A stretch of DNA of 64,000 nucleotides from Bacteriovoracaceae bacterium (GTDB lineage: Bacteria; Bdellovibrionota; Bacteriovoracia; Bacteriovoracales; Bacteriovoracaceae), in NCBI GenBank assembly GCA_018649885.1, contig JABIHA010000068.1, forward strand, positions 1-64,000, read 5' to 3'. The notes beneath the pieces are model-generated. The model did no database searches. It had not been told where the DNA came from and saw nothing but the letters and a program-made list of their open reading frames with translations. Position numbers and translations under genes: made by a program. Shown piece after piece: positions 40,539-50,180 of this stretch; positions within the stretch are counted from its first letter, which is position 1, and each line of letters begins with the position of its first letter.

Positions 40539-40844
40539 ATGAAGGGGAAGTTTAGAGTGCTTGAGTTGGCAATTGAGTTTCATAGGGAAAGTCAGGAGCT
40601 TCGGATGAAGGCTTATTTAAAAAGTCAGTTGGAGAGAGCGAGTTCTAGTGTTGCTTTGAATCTTAGTGAAGGTAATGCTAGGCAAGCGACTAAAGATCGC
40701 AGGAGATTCTTTGTTATTGCTTATTCATCACTGAAGGAGGCGGAGACGGCTTTGAAGTTAGCGGGTGTTGATTCTCAAAGATTGTTCTCTCTTGCAGATC
40801 ATCTTGGGGGATCGATTAATAAATTGATAAGAAAGTGCGCTTAG
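40539..40844 (+). CDS. four-helix-bundle protein (23S rRNA IVS-like/TIGR02436 family)
   Basis: QLERASSSVALNLSEG and RRFFVIAYSSLKE motifs; AAGGAG RBS before ATG 40539. Confidence 0.88.
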   Translation: MKGKFRVLELAIEFHRESQELRMKAYLKSQLERASSSVALNLSEGNARQATKDRRRFFVIAYSSLKEAETALKLAGVDSQRLFSLADHLGGSINKLIRKCA

Positions 40845-40851
40845 TGCCATT

Positions 40852-40918
40852 TTTCAGGGTTTCGGGAAGCAGGTTTCAGATGCCTGAAGCCCGATCCCTG
40901 AATCCTGATACCTGAATT
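40852..40918. repeat. 7-bp-period repeats in inverted arrangement downstream of the four-helix-bundle gene
   Basis: TTCAGGG TTTCGGG ... followed by CCTGAAG CCCGATC CCTGAAT CCTGATA CCTGAAT, the reverse complement of the upstream units. Confidence 0.82.
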
Positions 40919-40930
40919 TTCATTTGAGCT

Positions 40931-41728
40931 TTAAAACTCAACTTCACCGGAATATATAAAATCGACTTTTCCACAAAGCCATACATTTTTAAAGTCATTA
41001 TCAAAAAGAACTTTTAGCTGACCACCTAGGACTTCAAAGAGAACTTCTCTTCTCATAGAATATTTTTTAAATAGTGCGTAGGCCACAGCAACTGCTCCTG
41101 TTCCGCAGGCCAGGGTTTCAGCTTCAACTCCTCTTTCAAATGTTCTGAGTCTGACTTTTTTTTCATTTAATATTTCGAAGAAATTCACATTTGTTCCACA
41201 TTCAAATAGGGAATCTTTTCTAATGGCAGCACCTTTAGTTTCTACTGGGAATTTTTTTAAATCGATCACTGGAAAAACAGCGTGAGGTGCGCCGGTATTT
41301 ATATAAAGTCCAAACTGGTAGTCACTGTACTTTGAAAGATCATATCTTCCCTCATCATAAAGCTCGGGCATTTTCAACTCAACATAATCACCATCAACCT
41401 TAGATTGGTAAACACTATTATAAGTTTGAAAACTGTACTCTCCCCTACTCTCAGTTGATAGGGCCTGGTGAGCAAAATAGCTAATCACTCTCCCACCGTT
41501 TCCACACATCTCTGCTTCTTTGCCATCATCAGCATTAAAGTATCTCATGCGAAAATCACAGGTCTTACTTTTTTCAAAAAGCACAACTCCATCGGCGCCA
41601 ATTCCAAGGCGTCTTTTGCAAAGCCGTTTAAAAAGCTCAGCATTTTCTGCGCTTATGTGCCCATCTCGATTATCAAATAAAATAAAATCGTTACCTGTAC
41701 CTGAGAATTTATAAAATTTTTCTGACAA
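40931..41728 (-). CDS. dapF: diaminopimelate epimerase
   Basis: FYK.SGTGNDF, MCGNG, GAPH and ERGV.AETLACGTG motifs; TTG start at 41728 right after the galE stop. Confidence 0.93.
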   Translation of the reverse strand: MSEKFYKFSGTGNDFILFDNRDGHISAENAELFKRLCKRRLGIGADGVVLFEKSKTCDFRMRYFNADDGKEAEMCGNGGRVISYFAHQALSTESRGEYSFQTYNSVYQSKVDGDYVELKMPELYDEGRYDLSKYSDYQFGLYINTGAPHAVFPVIDLKKFPVETKGAAIRKDSLFECGTNVNFFEILNEKKVRLRTFERGVEAETLACGTGAVAVAYALFKKYSMRREVLFEVLGGQLKVLFDNDFKNVWLCGKVDFIYSGEVEF

Positions 41729-41729
41729 T

Positions 41730-42737
41730 TTACTTGTCCTTTTTAAGTCGAAAATAATTAAGTGTGTGAGTAATCGAATCCTCAAGAGTCATCTGTGGAT
41801 TAAAACCCAGCACTTCTTTTGCTTTACTAGAATCCCCTACTAATTGGGGAGGGTCCCCTGCTCTTCTGCCCATTAATTCAACGGGCAGATCTGAGCCTGA
41901 AACTTTTTTAAAAGTATCGACTACTTCTTTAACTGAGTAGCCAGTAGATGATCCCAAGTTGAAATCAAAAAAACCATGATTTTCATTTAAGTAGTTGGCC
42001 CCATCAAAGTGGGTTTTCACCAAATCATTTACATGAATATAATCTCGGATGCATGTTCCATCTGGGGTTGGATAATCAGTGCCAAAAATTTTAAAGGTGC
42101 TCTCGCCTCCTTCCAAATAAGATTTGCAAAGATTGGGGATCAAGTGAGTTTCAGGATCGTGATTTTCTCCGATTTTTCCATCTGGAGAGCATCCAGCAGC
42201 ATTAAAATAGCGAAAGATCACAAAATCCATCAGCTTCTTTTCACCCAGATCTCTCATAGCGAGTTCCAAAAGCTTCTTGGTATTGCCATAAGTATTGATA
42301 GGATTTTGAGCATTTTTCTCTGAGATTTTCTCCGTATCAGGTACCCCAAAAGTGGCGCAAGTTGAGCTAAAAACAAATTTTTTCACACCGGCCTGGTGAC
42401 ATGACTCAAGCAGCATCAAAGTTTTGATCAAATTTTCTCTATAATATAAAAATGGGTCCGCTTCACCCTCGGGTACAAGTGCTCTAGCGGAAAAGTGAAA
42501 TACACAGCTGGCCTTGATATTCTTCAGTAAGGCGCATAGCTCCTCGCCAGCTCCAATATCTATATGATGGAATGTGCCATAAGAATGAGTGGGTTTGCTG
42601 GGGGAAGTTGAGTAATTATCGATGATATGAACATTTTCTCCTCTTTCGTGAAGAAATCTACACATATGAGAGCCAATGTAACCATTGCCTCCGCTTACAA
42701 CATAAACATCACTTCCCATAACCTTGCTCCGTGGCAT
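41730..42737 (-). CDS. galE: UDP-glucose 4-epimerase
   Basis: GG.GYIGSH, FSSTCA, YGNTK, RYFNAAG and DGTCIRDYIHV motifs; start may be 42719. Confidence 0.93.
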   Translation of the reverse strand: MPRSKVMGSDVYVVSGGNGYIGSHMCRFLHERGENVHIIDNYSTSPSKPTHSYGTFHHIDIGAGEELCALLKNIKASCVFHFSARALVPEGEADPFLYYRENLIKTLMLLESCHQAGVKKFVFSSTCATFGVPDTEKISEKNAQNPINTYGNTKKLLELAMRDLGEKKLMDFVIFRYFNAAGCSPDGKIGENHDPETHLIPNLCKSYLEGGESTFKIFGTDYPTPDGTCIRDYIHVNDLVKTHFDGANYLNENHGFFDFNLGSSTGYSVKEVVDTFKKVSGSDLPVELMGRRAGDPPQLVGDSSKAKEVLGFNPQMTLEDSITHTLNYFRLKKDK

Positions 42738-42902
42738 ATTTTTGAATCATATAATAGCATAGTGTCGTTACTCATAAAGTAAAAGTATTTCAGCTATCCG
42801 CAAATGAGCTGGAGGTTGGCCTCGGGAAACAAGGCCTAAAAATTCATTCTAACTATTGACTATATCGAAGCCATATCGGAATATCACAGCTCATTTTGAA
42901 AA

Positions 42903-42979
42903 GGGACTATAGCTCAGTTGGTTAGAGCCCCCGGCTCATAACCGGGTGGTCCAGTGTTCAAGTCACTGTAGTCCCACCA
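42903..42979 (+). tRNA. tRNA with anticodon CAT, most likely tRNA-Ile2 (lysidine); elongator Met not excluded
   Basis: 77-nt cloverleaf: GGGACTA/TAGTCCC acceptor stem, CCCGG-CTCATAA-CCGGG anticodon arm, CAGTG-TTCAAGT-CACTG T arm, encoded CCA. Paired 1:72 rules out initiator. Confidence 0.93.
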
Positions 42980-43000
42980 CGTCCTACTCGATAGGAACGT

Positions 43001-43033
43001 AAAAGCGCCAGGCAAATGTCTGGCGTTTTTTTT
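43001..43033 (+). terminator. Rho-independent terminator after the tRNA
   Basis: GCGCCAGGC-AAAT-GTCTGGCGT stem-loop followed by a long T tract. Confidence 0.85.
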
Positions 43034-43274
43034 AGGTACGCTTTTTATATTTAGGTACGGTACCTTTTGGAAAAATTAGGAGTTATTAATCATGAATTCA
43101 GTAATCTCTATAAGTGGGTAACCCACATCATAGGTTGTTATTCCTAGTGCTATTAGTGAAATGGATGGAAGGAAAATATCGAGGACTGAGCCACTGCCAA
43201 ATTATGAGCGCTATAACTAAAGAAAATCAGACAGTTTTAATTTCGTATTTCAATTGGTTTTTCACTTTAATTAC

Positions 43275-43553
43275 CTAGAACATTGACTTGATTACTTCCA
43301 AATCATTTTCTCCAGCAAAAGTTGTATCAGCAGACATTCTGGCTGAGAATTGCCTCAAGATATCTTTAACCAAATTCTTAATTTTGAAGTTCGCCCCCTC
43401 AGACAGAGACTCAAGTTGGCGCATATGAAGTTCATCAAAAAATTCTATATAAATTAATTTTTCAGGTTTTTCAGCTAGCTTGCTTTCGATGTGATCTACA
43501 AGGTCAAACCAACTCAAACGTCTATATTTTCTAATCGTTTCCATATTACTCAT
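43275..43553 (-). CDS. hypothetical protein
   Basis: 92-aa ORF co-oriented 20 bp after the antiporter gene. Confidence 0.5.
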   Translation of the reverse strand: MSNMETIRKYRRLSWFDLVDHIESKLAEKPEKLIYIEFFDELHMRQLESLSEGANFKIKNLVKDILRQFSARMSADTTFAGENDLEVIKSMF

Positions 43554-43573
43554 TGTAGTGGATAAAATTTAGT

Positions 43574-44773
43574 TTATTTTTTTATATCTCCAGATTTTAC
43601 TAGAGAGTATTTTGCTAAAATAGGTCCAAGGGTTTCGTATACTATGGTGGCCCCTAAAATAACATTGATGACAAGGCCAGCCTCACTGGCATAGTCAGCT
43701 CTGTGAGAAAGAGAGAGAGCTAACCCAAGAGCAACACCAGCTTGCGGGAAAAGACAAAGCCCTAACCACTTAGCTGAATTTCTAGGAGTTCCCCCGCGTA
43801 ATACCCCCCAATATGAACCAAAGTATTTTCCAAACGACCTTGCAATAATATAGACCAATATCAGCCCCAAATTGCTAGAAAAAACGCTGGGATCAAAGTG
43901 AAGCCCTGCAAAGATAAAAAAGATAATGAATACAAACTCTTCTATGTGTTTGATAGGTCCTATTAAATTCTTTGTCTCCTGGTTTGAGGTAATCTGAGTG
44001 GCAAAACCAAGAGATATACAAGCAAGTATTGAAGACATCCCCAGCAAACTCGCTGCTGCCGTACAAGCAAGTACAAAGGAGATAAATACAGGAAATCGAA
44101 GTTCCGCTTTTTTAAAGAATCGACTAAAAAGGCCGGCAATACACCCCAAACATCCACCCAACACGATTGATCCAAGAATATGGTGAAGACTTGGATACAG
44201 CTTTTCAAAGGTTGATCCAACATTTGTTAAATTGGTAAGAATTTCAAAAATCATAACACCAAAGACGTCATCGAGAATGACAATCCCTAGCAGTAAAGAA
44301 GTGATAGCGCCCTTAGCTCCGTACTCTTCAATAACCGCCATCGTTCCTGCAGGAGCTGTCGTTGCGGCAATCGCTCCCAGCGCAACTGCAAGTTTTAACT
44401 TGTTTGGGTAATCAAATAAATATCCAAAAATATAAATGGTAAGTCCCACACTTATGACTGCAAGAAAAACTTGTCCTAAAGTTCCATATATAAGACTCGT
44501 TTTTTTAGCTTGCAAAAATTTCCAATCGATCTTCAATCCAATAAGAAAAGCGATAACTCCAAGAGCAATTTCAGTAATATTTTCACTGAGGGCGAGATAG
44601 GGAAACTTAAAAAATTTGCCAAGTAAGTGAGGTGAAGTCAAAATTCCTATCACTATATAAGAAGTCGCCCTAGGAACACCAAAACGATCGATGACGATGG
44701 CCACGCCAAAAGCTAGGATAATGAGAATCGATAAAATAAGTAGTTCTATCATAATTAAATCTGTGTAAGACAC
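43574..44773 (-). CDS. cation:proton antiporter (Na+/H+ exchanger, CPA2-like)
   Basis: About 12 TM helices; AATTAPA, LDD, AR..GK..G and PQAGVA.G motifs. Confidence 0.88.
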   Translation of the reverse strand: MSYTDLIMIELLILSILIILAFGVAIVIDRFGVPRATSYIVIGILTSPHLLGKFFKFPYLALSENITEIALGVIAFLIGLKIDWKFLQAKKTSLIYGTLGQVFLAVISVGLTIYIFGYLFDYPNKLKLAVALGAIAATTAPAGTMAVIEEYGAKGAITSLLLGIVILDDVFGVMIFEILTNLTNVGSTFEKLYPSLHHILGSIVLGGCLGCIAGLFSRFFKKAELRFPVFISFVLACTAAASLLGMSSILACISLGFATQITSNQETKNLIGPIKHIEEFVFIIFFIFAGLHFDPSVFSSNLGLILVYIIARSFGKYFGSYWGVLRGGTPRNSAKWLGLCLFPQAGVALGLALSLSHRADYASEAGLVINVILGATIVYETLGPILAKYSLVKSGDIKK

Positions 44774-44844
44774 TATCTAATCACACTACCAAGTTAAGTA
44801 CAATTAATACTGCAGGCGTTCATATGATAGAGAAAAATTCTCTC

Positions 44845-45321
44845 TTATAGGTTGTCTCTAAGACACTTTTTTAAATCATAAGATTCAACTACATCTGCAC
44901 AATCTTCAATAAATACCTTTGTAGTTCTTTGAGTATAGTGATTCCAAACTCTAAATTGATATGACGAAGAATCAGTCCCAATGTTGATACCAGTATCATC
45001 AGAGTAGAGCTCACCCGCTATTTCATAAATTTCTTCCCAAGAAAGATCAGGGCACTTGGCTTCAATCTCATCTTTCAAAAGGCCCTTTGCTTTTGAGTGG
45101 TGAATTGGCTTGGTCTCTGGTTTTCTACAGCTCATATAAGGAGTCCAGTGACATGTTTTATCATTAATTTTTTTAAACTCACTTTCAATGTATGATGCCA
45201 TTTTTTCGCTATCATCACATACATCTACCTTACCATTTTTATCAACGGCGACTGCAACACCAATTGAATTCGCCACCAAACTTGTAAGAGACACAATTTT
45301 TACTACGCTTTCTTTTTTCAT
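44845..45321 (-). CDS. secreted hypothetical protein
   Basis: Signal peptide, six Cys, GGGAG RBS, 20 bp after the Fic gene. Confidence 0.65.
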   Translation of the reverse strand: MKKESVVKIVSLTSLVANSIGVAVAVDKNGKVDVCDDSEKMASYIESEFKKINDKTCHWTPYMSCRKPETKPIHHSKAKGLLKDEIEAKCPDLSWEEIYEIAGELYSDDTGINIGTDSSSYQFRVWNHYTQRTTKVFIEDCADVVESYDLKKCLRDNL

Positions 45322-45341
45322 CCTAACTCTCCCTTTAAAAA

Positions 45342-45803
45342 TTATTTTTCTTCAATTGATAATTTAAATACTGTTTTCAAAACCAACATATCTTTTTCAA
45401 CATTTCCTTTGATAAGATATCTATTTAAAAGACCAAAGCTTTTAATAGCGTAACCTTTGTCTTTCAAAACTTTTAAAATATATGATTTACCGGTTCTTCC
45501 GTTACCGTCGTGAAATGGATGGAGGGCCACGAAGCGCATCCAAAACTTAGCACATGCCAGAGCTGTTTGATCTAAGCCAGTAGCAAGGAAGACCTCATTA
45601 TCAAAATCGATTATGACATCTCCAATTTGATAGTAAACTTGAAGTGGAGTAGCGAACTTAACCTCTAGCCCGTCTCTAGCTATGCAGTTAACTTCTACAT
45701 TTCTCAGGCCCTGAACTCCCTCAAAAGATCTAATTCTTGAGTTAAGAAGGCTGAGTTCATTAATTTTTTGAATACTCTGCTGTGACACTAAATATCCCCT
45801 CAA
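45342..45803 (-). CDS. short Fic-domain protein
   Basis: HPFHDGNGRTGK Fic motif; start uncertain (TTG). Confidence 0.78.
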   Translation of the reverse strand: MRGYLVSQQSIQKINELSLLNSRIRSFEGVQGLRNVEVNCIARDGLEVKFATPLQVYYQIGDVIIDFDNEVFLATGLDQTALACAKFWMRFVALHPFHDGNGRTGKSYILKVLKDKGYAIKSFGLLNRYLIKGNVEKDMLVLKTVFKLSIEEK

Positions 45804-45993
45804 TCTCTAAATATGTGAAAGGTATATATAGGGGAACTCACAATTGAAACCACAAATTGATTCAATGTTCCAAAATGCCCCGATTTATCCTATTTCAGGC
45901 ATGTAAGTGATAAAAATTTCATGTTTCAATGCTGAAGAATCTGTGGATTTTAAAGTAAGGGTGACTAGATGAAGGCACCCTCAGTTAGAAAAA

Positions 45994-46437
45994 TTATTGC
46001 TTTTTACAAATATCTGCTTCAATGGAAAATTGCTCAGAGCCTGCTTCACTTACAACAGTAAAATCCACAGTAAATGAACTTCCGCTAAATGTAGTTTCAA
46101 TATAGTCTAGATAGTAATCACCATTTGAATCAGTGTTGTAGACAACTTCCTCTACAATCGTTTTTGCAGCTTTTAAACTTCCTGTATAACAAATATTTGT
46201 TGGAGCGAATTCCTCATAAACAAATGCAAGATTTTCTGCATCGTAACCATGCTCCATTTCTATGACTACTTGATTGCCCTTAATAGCACTTTTGTCTACA
46301 GACTCAGTACTTACAAGCTCGATGATGGCCTCATCAGAATAAGTTAAAACAACAGTGTTCTCACTCGCTTGTGCATTTGATAGTATTTGAATAAATAAAA
46401 AGCTCACTACTGCCAAAGTAATATTTCTCATCACCAT
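45994..46437 (-). CDS. secreted acidic hypothetical protein
   Basis: Signal peptide ending AQA; ICY.G and terminal C pair. Confidence 0.7.
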   Translation of the reverse strand: MVMRNITLAVVSFLFIQILSNAQASENTVVLTYSDEAIIELVSTESVDKSAIKGNQVVIEMEHGYDAENLAFVYEEFAPTNICYTGSLKAAKTIVEEVVYNTDSNGDYYLDYIETTFSGSSFTVDFTVVSEAGSEQFSIEADICKKQ

Positions 46438-46640
46438 AATCCCTTTTTTGAGTTTGAATCCAGCTCTAACAATCACTGCCTCTAAAGTCTTATGATTCAC
46501 AGGGGTGTGAACTTTTTCTATGCCTTGTTAACTTTGCGCATTACAATCTACGCAAAGCGTATGGGAAGTTTTTTCATCTCCTTTGAAATTTCAAACACTT
46601 TTCATTAAATCTTTATGAATCATATCCTGGGGGGGATTTT

Positions 46641-47350
46641 GTGCTTAAATCATTTTTGGTCATGTGGTTGTGCCTATATTCAGTTTCTGTCAGTGCTTCA
46701 CTGACAAGTGGCTCAGAGTATTCTATTAAGTTCATCACAAAAAATGGTATATCGACCGCTGAGTTTCCTGGCATCAGTGCCTTTAGGGAGGGCACTTATA
46801 TTTCTATAATTGTCGATAAACCTAGAGAGTCGATTTTCATAGGCCTTCAGGGTAATTGGAATGGGGGAAAAATTCCCACAACCCTAAAAGATGGCAGGGA
46901 AACCTTCTTGGAGGAGGAGTATTACTTGGCAGCGATGAAAGATATCTATTAAGGACAAGAACTAGAGGTATAAATGGTGTGAGAATTGAAAGATCAAGCG
47001 AAGTACTCTTTTTAAGAGATGCCGTAATATCCAATAGAATGAATCCCATCAGAAATAAAAATGGATATTTGGGGCCCAAAAAAGCAGTAGAGTTAGGAGA
47101 AATTTTATCAGATACCTTCGGACTTGAGCTAAGGCTTCATTTAACAATAGAAACTAACTACAAAAACGATGACGTACTTATCAAAGAGCTGAAGCAGCTG
47201 GCCTCTAGAAGGCAAAAATCTCAATCTCTCCCCGCCCGTGAAAGATTTTTCCACCATATCATCCCAGCAGGTCCTAGATTTGTGAGAAAGAGCGCGGGCC
47301 CGAGTGCTTGCGCTACAGTGTTACAACTTGCAGATTTAGCCACTCCTTAA
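46641..47350 (+). pseudogene. secreted hypothetical protein probably split by a one-base frameshift
   Basis: ORF 46641..46952 has a signal peptide and overlaps ORF 46856..47350 in the -1 frame. One extra base in G5A5 (46863-46872) fuses them into 236 aa. Confidence 0.5.
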
Positions 47351-47468
47351 GCACCCTGCACAGCGAATCAACTAGTTATTTCAAGATCTTTCAATATATC
47401 AAAGCTCATATTTTGACATGGCCATTTAACTTTTGGACAATGGTCTCCAAATCAAACTGGAGACGAAA

Positions 47469-48284
47469 ATGAAATGGATTTCATCATTTTTGCTTATACT
47501 GATAATTCTTACAAGCTCAGCTTTTGCATCAAGTAGAACCATTGTCTTTGCCCATGGTATGGGAGTTCCTACCGGAATTTACTCACTCAATAAAAGATTA
47601 ACTAAATTTTTTAAAAGCGAAGGTTACAGGCTTCTAATAGCCAAGATACCTGCACAGGGCACTATTGAAAAAAGAGCGGCCAAACTTAATAAAGAGATTA
47701 GAAGGCTCGTACCATTTGGGAATTTTCATCTTATTGGCCATAGTATGGGTGGACTCGATGCAAGGCTTGCACTCAACAAAGGCACCTTTGCAAAAAGATG
47801 CCTAAGCTTAACAACTATGGCAACACCACACTTGGGCTCAAAGGTTGCCGACTATGTAGCAGAACTTTCAGATGGAAAGAAAAAAATTCCCGCGTTGTTA
47901 ATATTAATGATTAACAAAATTTTCGGTGGAAAAATTGAAAATATAAGAAATCTTACGACCACATACATGAGAGATAAATTCAACTTTCAAGTGAGTAACC
48001 TTCCCCGTGTTGATTACTACAGCACCGGCTACTTTATAGAAACTCCAGTGATGAAAAGTACCCCTATCCCTTGGGCCTGGCTCACACATAAAATTAATGT
48101 AGATGCAGGTGATAAACACAATGACGGTCTTGTTTCCACTGATCGTGCCAAATGGGGAACTTATCTTGGATCATTTCCAGGAGACCACTGGGCACAAACA
48201 GCACCTATCCCCTACAAGGGGAAAATTATCTACAAAGATGTTTTTAAGAAAGTTATTGATAATTTGAAAAGTAATTATCCTTAG
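47469..48284 (+). CDS. secreted triacylglycerol lipase-like alpha/beta hydrolase
   Basis: Signal peptide; AHG, GHSMGGLDAR, TPH.GS, NDGLV and DH motifs. Confidence 0.88.
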   Translation: MKWISSFLLILIILTSSAFASSRTIVFAHGMGVPTGIYSLNKRLTKFFKSEGYRLLIAKIPAQGTIEKRAAKLNKEIRRLVPFGNFHLIGHSMGGLDARLALNKGTFAKRCLSLTTMATPHLGSKVADYVAELSDGKKKIPALLILMINKIFGGKIENIRNLTTTYMRDKFNFQVSNLPRVDYYSTGYFIETPVMKSTPIPWAWLTHKINVDAGDKHNDGLVSTDRAKWGTYLGSFPGDHWAQTAPIPYKGKIIYKDVFKKVIDNLKSNYP

Positions 48285-49384
48285 GGCGTGTCTTCAAAAA
48301 CAGAATCGATAAAACCTTTTATTTTTGTTTTAAATATATCTTTTGAAAAACACTCAGCGCGATCAAAAAGAATTTTTCTCTCAAAATCTTTTTGATCGTA
48401 CTCTCTGACTGCCTCTATGAGAGATTCCACTGTGGGCTCATTAAAAAATTTTGCGACATTATCATTTAAGGTCTCGAGAACACCACCAGCACGATAGGCT
48501 ATAAGAGGTGTACCTGCAGCTAGTACCTCAAGTGGTGTTATGCCAAAGTCTTCTACTCCTGGAAAAATAAATCCCTTGGCGCGCGCCATTAAACTGACAA
48601 TCTCTTCTCTGGAAATTCTCCCAAGAAATTCAATATTAGACTTGGCCATTTTTTTTAGTTTGTCTTCATCTTGACCAGAACCCACAATTTTTAATTTTTT
48701 CCCTAGAATATTAAAAGCACCCACTGCTAAATCAATTTTTTTATTGGGAGCAAAGGCGCCTACACTTAAGTAAAAATCTTCTCTTTCGGGAGGACTTTTT
48801 TGAACTTCTCTAAATGAATCTAGATCTACAAAGGGATTAATAACAGTCGCAGGTCTGTGATAAAAAAATTCAATTCTTTTTTTTACAAATTCAGAGTTAG
48901 AAATAAAGTGATCAACATTTTGGTTGGAAATATAGTCCCATGTTTGCAAATAGGGACGACATATATGCCCGCTCGCTCTCACGATAGGATTTGTGCCCTT
49001 ACCAAAATAATTTCCAAATTGGTCATATATATATCTCATTGGGCTATGAATATAGCTTATATGTTTTGATCCAGAGGGTTTGAGTAGACCCTTGATTACA
49101 CAGTGGCTGCTACTAAGTACTAAATCGGCATCTTCGACTATTTTCATCCTCCCTATGGCGGATGGAAAAAGGGGAAGAAACTTTCTGTAGTTTTCAAAGA
49201 TTCCGGGTATATTTTGAAGAAAGGAAGTTCTAATTTCCCTATTTTCAATGGCCGGGGATAGCTTTCCCTTGTCGTAAATGAGTGTATAAAGAGGGGCATC
49301 TGGAAACATTTCGCAAAATGCCTCTAAAATCCATTCCCCTCCCCTAAAACCGGTTAACCAGTCATGAAGAAGTACTACTTTCAT
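48281..49384 (-). CDS. GT4 family glycosyltransferase
   Basis: HDWL.G.RGGE, HSPMRY and EDFGITPLE motifs. Confidence 0.9.
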   Translation of the reverse strand: MKVVLLHDWLTGFRGGEWILEAFCEMFPDAPLYTLIYDKGKLSPAIENREIRTSFLQNIPGIFENYRKFLPLFPSAIGRMKIVEDADLVLSSSHCVIKGLLKPSGSKHISYIHSPMRYIYDQFGNYFGKGTNPIVRASGHICRPYLQTWDYISNQNVDHFISNSEFVKKRIEFFYHRPATVINPFVDLDSFREVQKSPPEREDFYLSVGAFAPNKKIDLAVGAFNILGKKLKIVGSGQDEDKLKKMAKSNIEFLGRISREEIVSLMARAKGFIFPGVEDFGITPLEVLAAGTPLIAYRAGGVLETLNDNVAKFFNEPTVESLIEAVREYDQKDFERKILFDRAECFSKDIFKTKIKGFIDSVFEDTP

Positions 49385-49457
49385 GCATAGAGTCTATCAA
49401 ATCCGCATTGCCTATTAAAGCCAATTGTGACATTTTTATAACCTCTGGAGAATCATC

Positions 49458-50180
49458 ATGATTGAAGTATTTCGCTCGCTAAAAGAAGTTATGGCACTAG
49501 AAAATAAAATCAAAAGACATATGGATGTTATTGATGAAGAGAAAAAGAGAATTTCCTTTATAGAAAACCAAAGAAAATTAAAACAAGATAAGTTAGAAGA
49601 GCAAAATAAATTGACCTCTTCAGTAAGAGCAAAATCTACAAGTGATGAAAACGAACTTGAAAAAATTGACTCCCAAATTGAAAGAGTTAAACAAAGAATC
49701 CCACTTTTAAAAACTGACACCCAAATAAAAGCGACTGAACAAGAAGCTGCTAGTCTCGATGAAAAAAAAGACCAACTAGAAACAACGCTTCTGGAAGAAA
49801 TTGAACAGCTTGAACAACTCAGTGATAGCATAAAAGAGCATGAAAATTTTCTAAAGGGATCTATCCAAACACTTGCTGATATAAATAAAGAAGTTGATGA
49901 AAAAACTGCCAAAGAAAATAAGGAAATTAATAACCTTCAAACAAGAGTGAGTGCTCTACTAGAAGATATCCCCTTACAATACCGGAATAAATACCACGAT
50001 GTTAATAAGAGATACTTATTCAACAATCCTTTAACCTCAGAAGAAAATGGCATTTGCGAAATATGCCAAATGCAAATTACATCCCTTCAACACATGGCCA
50101 TTGAGAAAATGGCAACTTTTGAAGCCTGTTCAGGCTGCAACCGAATTTTCCTTCCCCATAAAGTCGCCCACAACCTATGA
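49458..50180 (+). CDS. coiled-coil protein with C4 zinc ribbon (DUF164/CT398-like)
   Basis: Long coiled coil followed by CEIC...CSGCNRIF. Confidence 0.8.
   Translation: MIEVFRSLKEVMALENKIKRHMDVIDEEKKRISFIENQRKLKQDKLEEQNKLTSSVRAKSTSDENELEKIDSQIERVKQRIPLLKTDTQIKATEQEAASLDEKKDQLETTLLEEIEQLEQLSDSIKEHENFLKGSIQTLADINKEVDEKTAKENKEINNLQTRVSALLEDIPLQYRNKYHDVNKRYLFNNPLTSEENGICEICQMQITSLQHMAIEKMATFEACSGCNRIFLPHKVAHNL

Noticed and set aside
42791..42896. Inverted repeats upstream of the tRNA as a separate ncRNA such as 6S
   Set aside because: Only 10-bp complementarity (AAATGAGCTG/CAGCTCATTT) and too short; fits a divergent promoter region.
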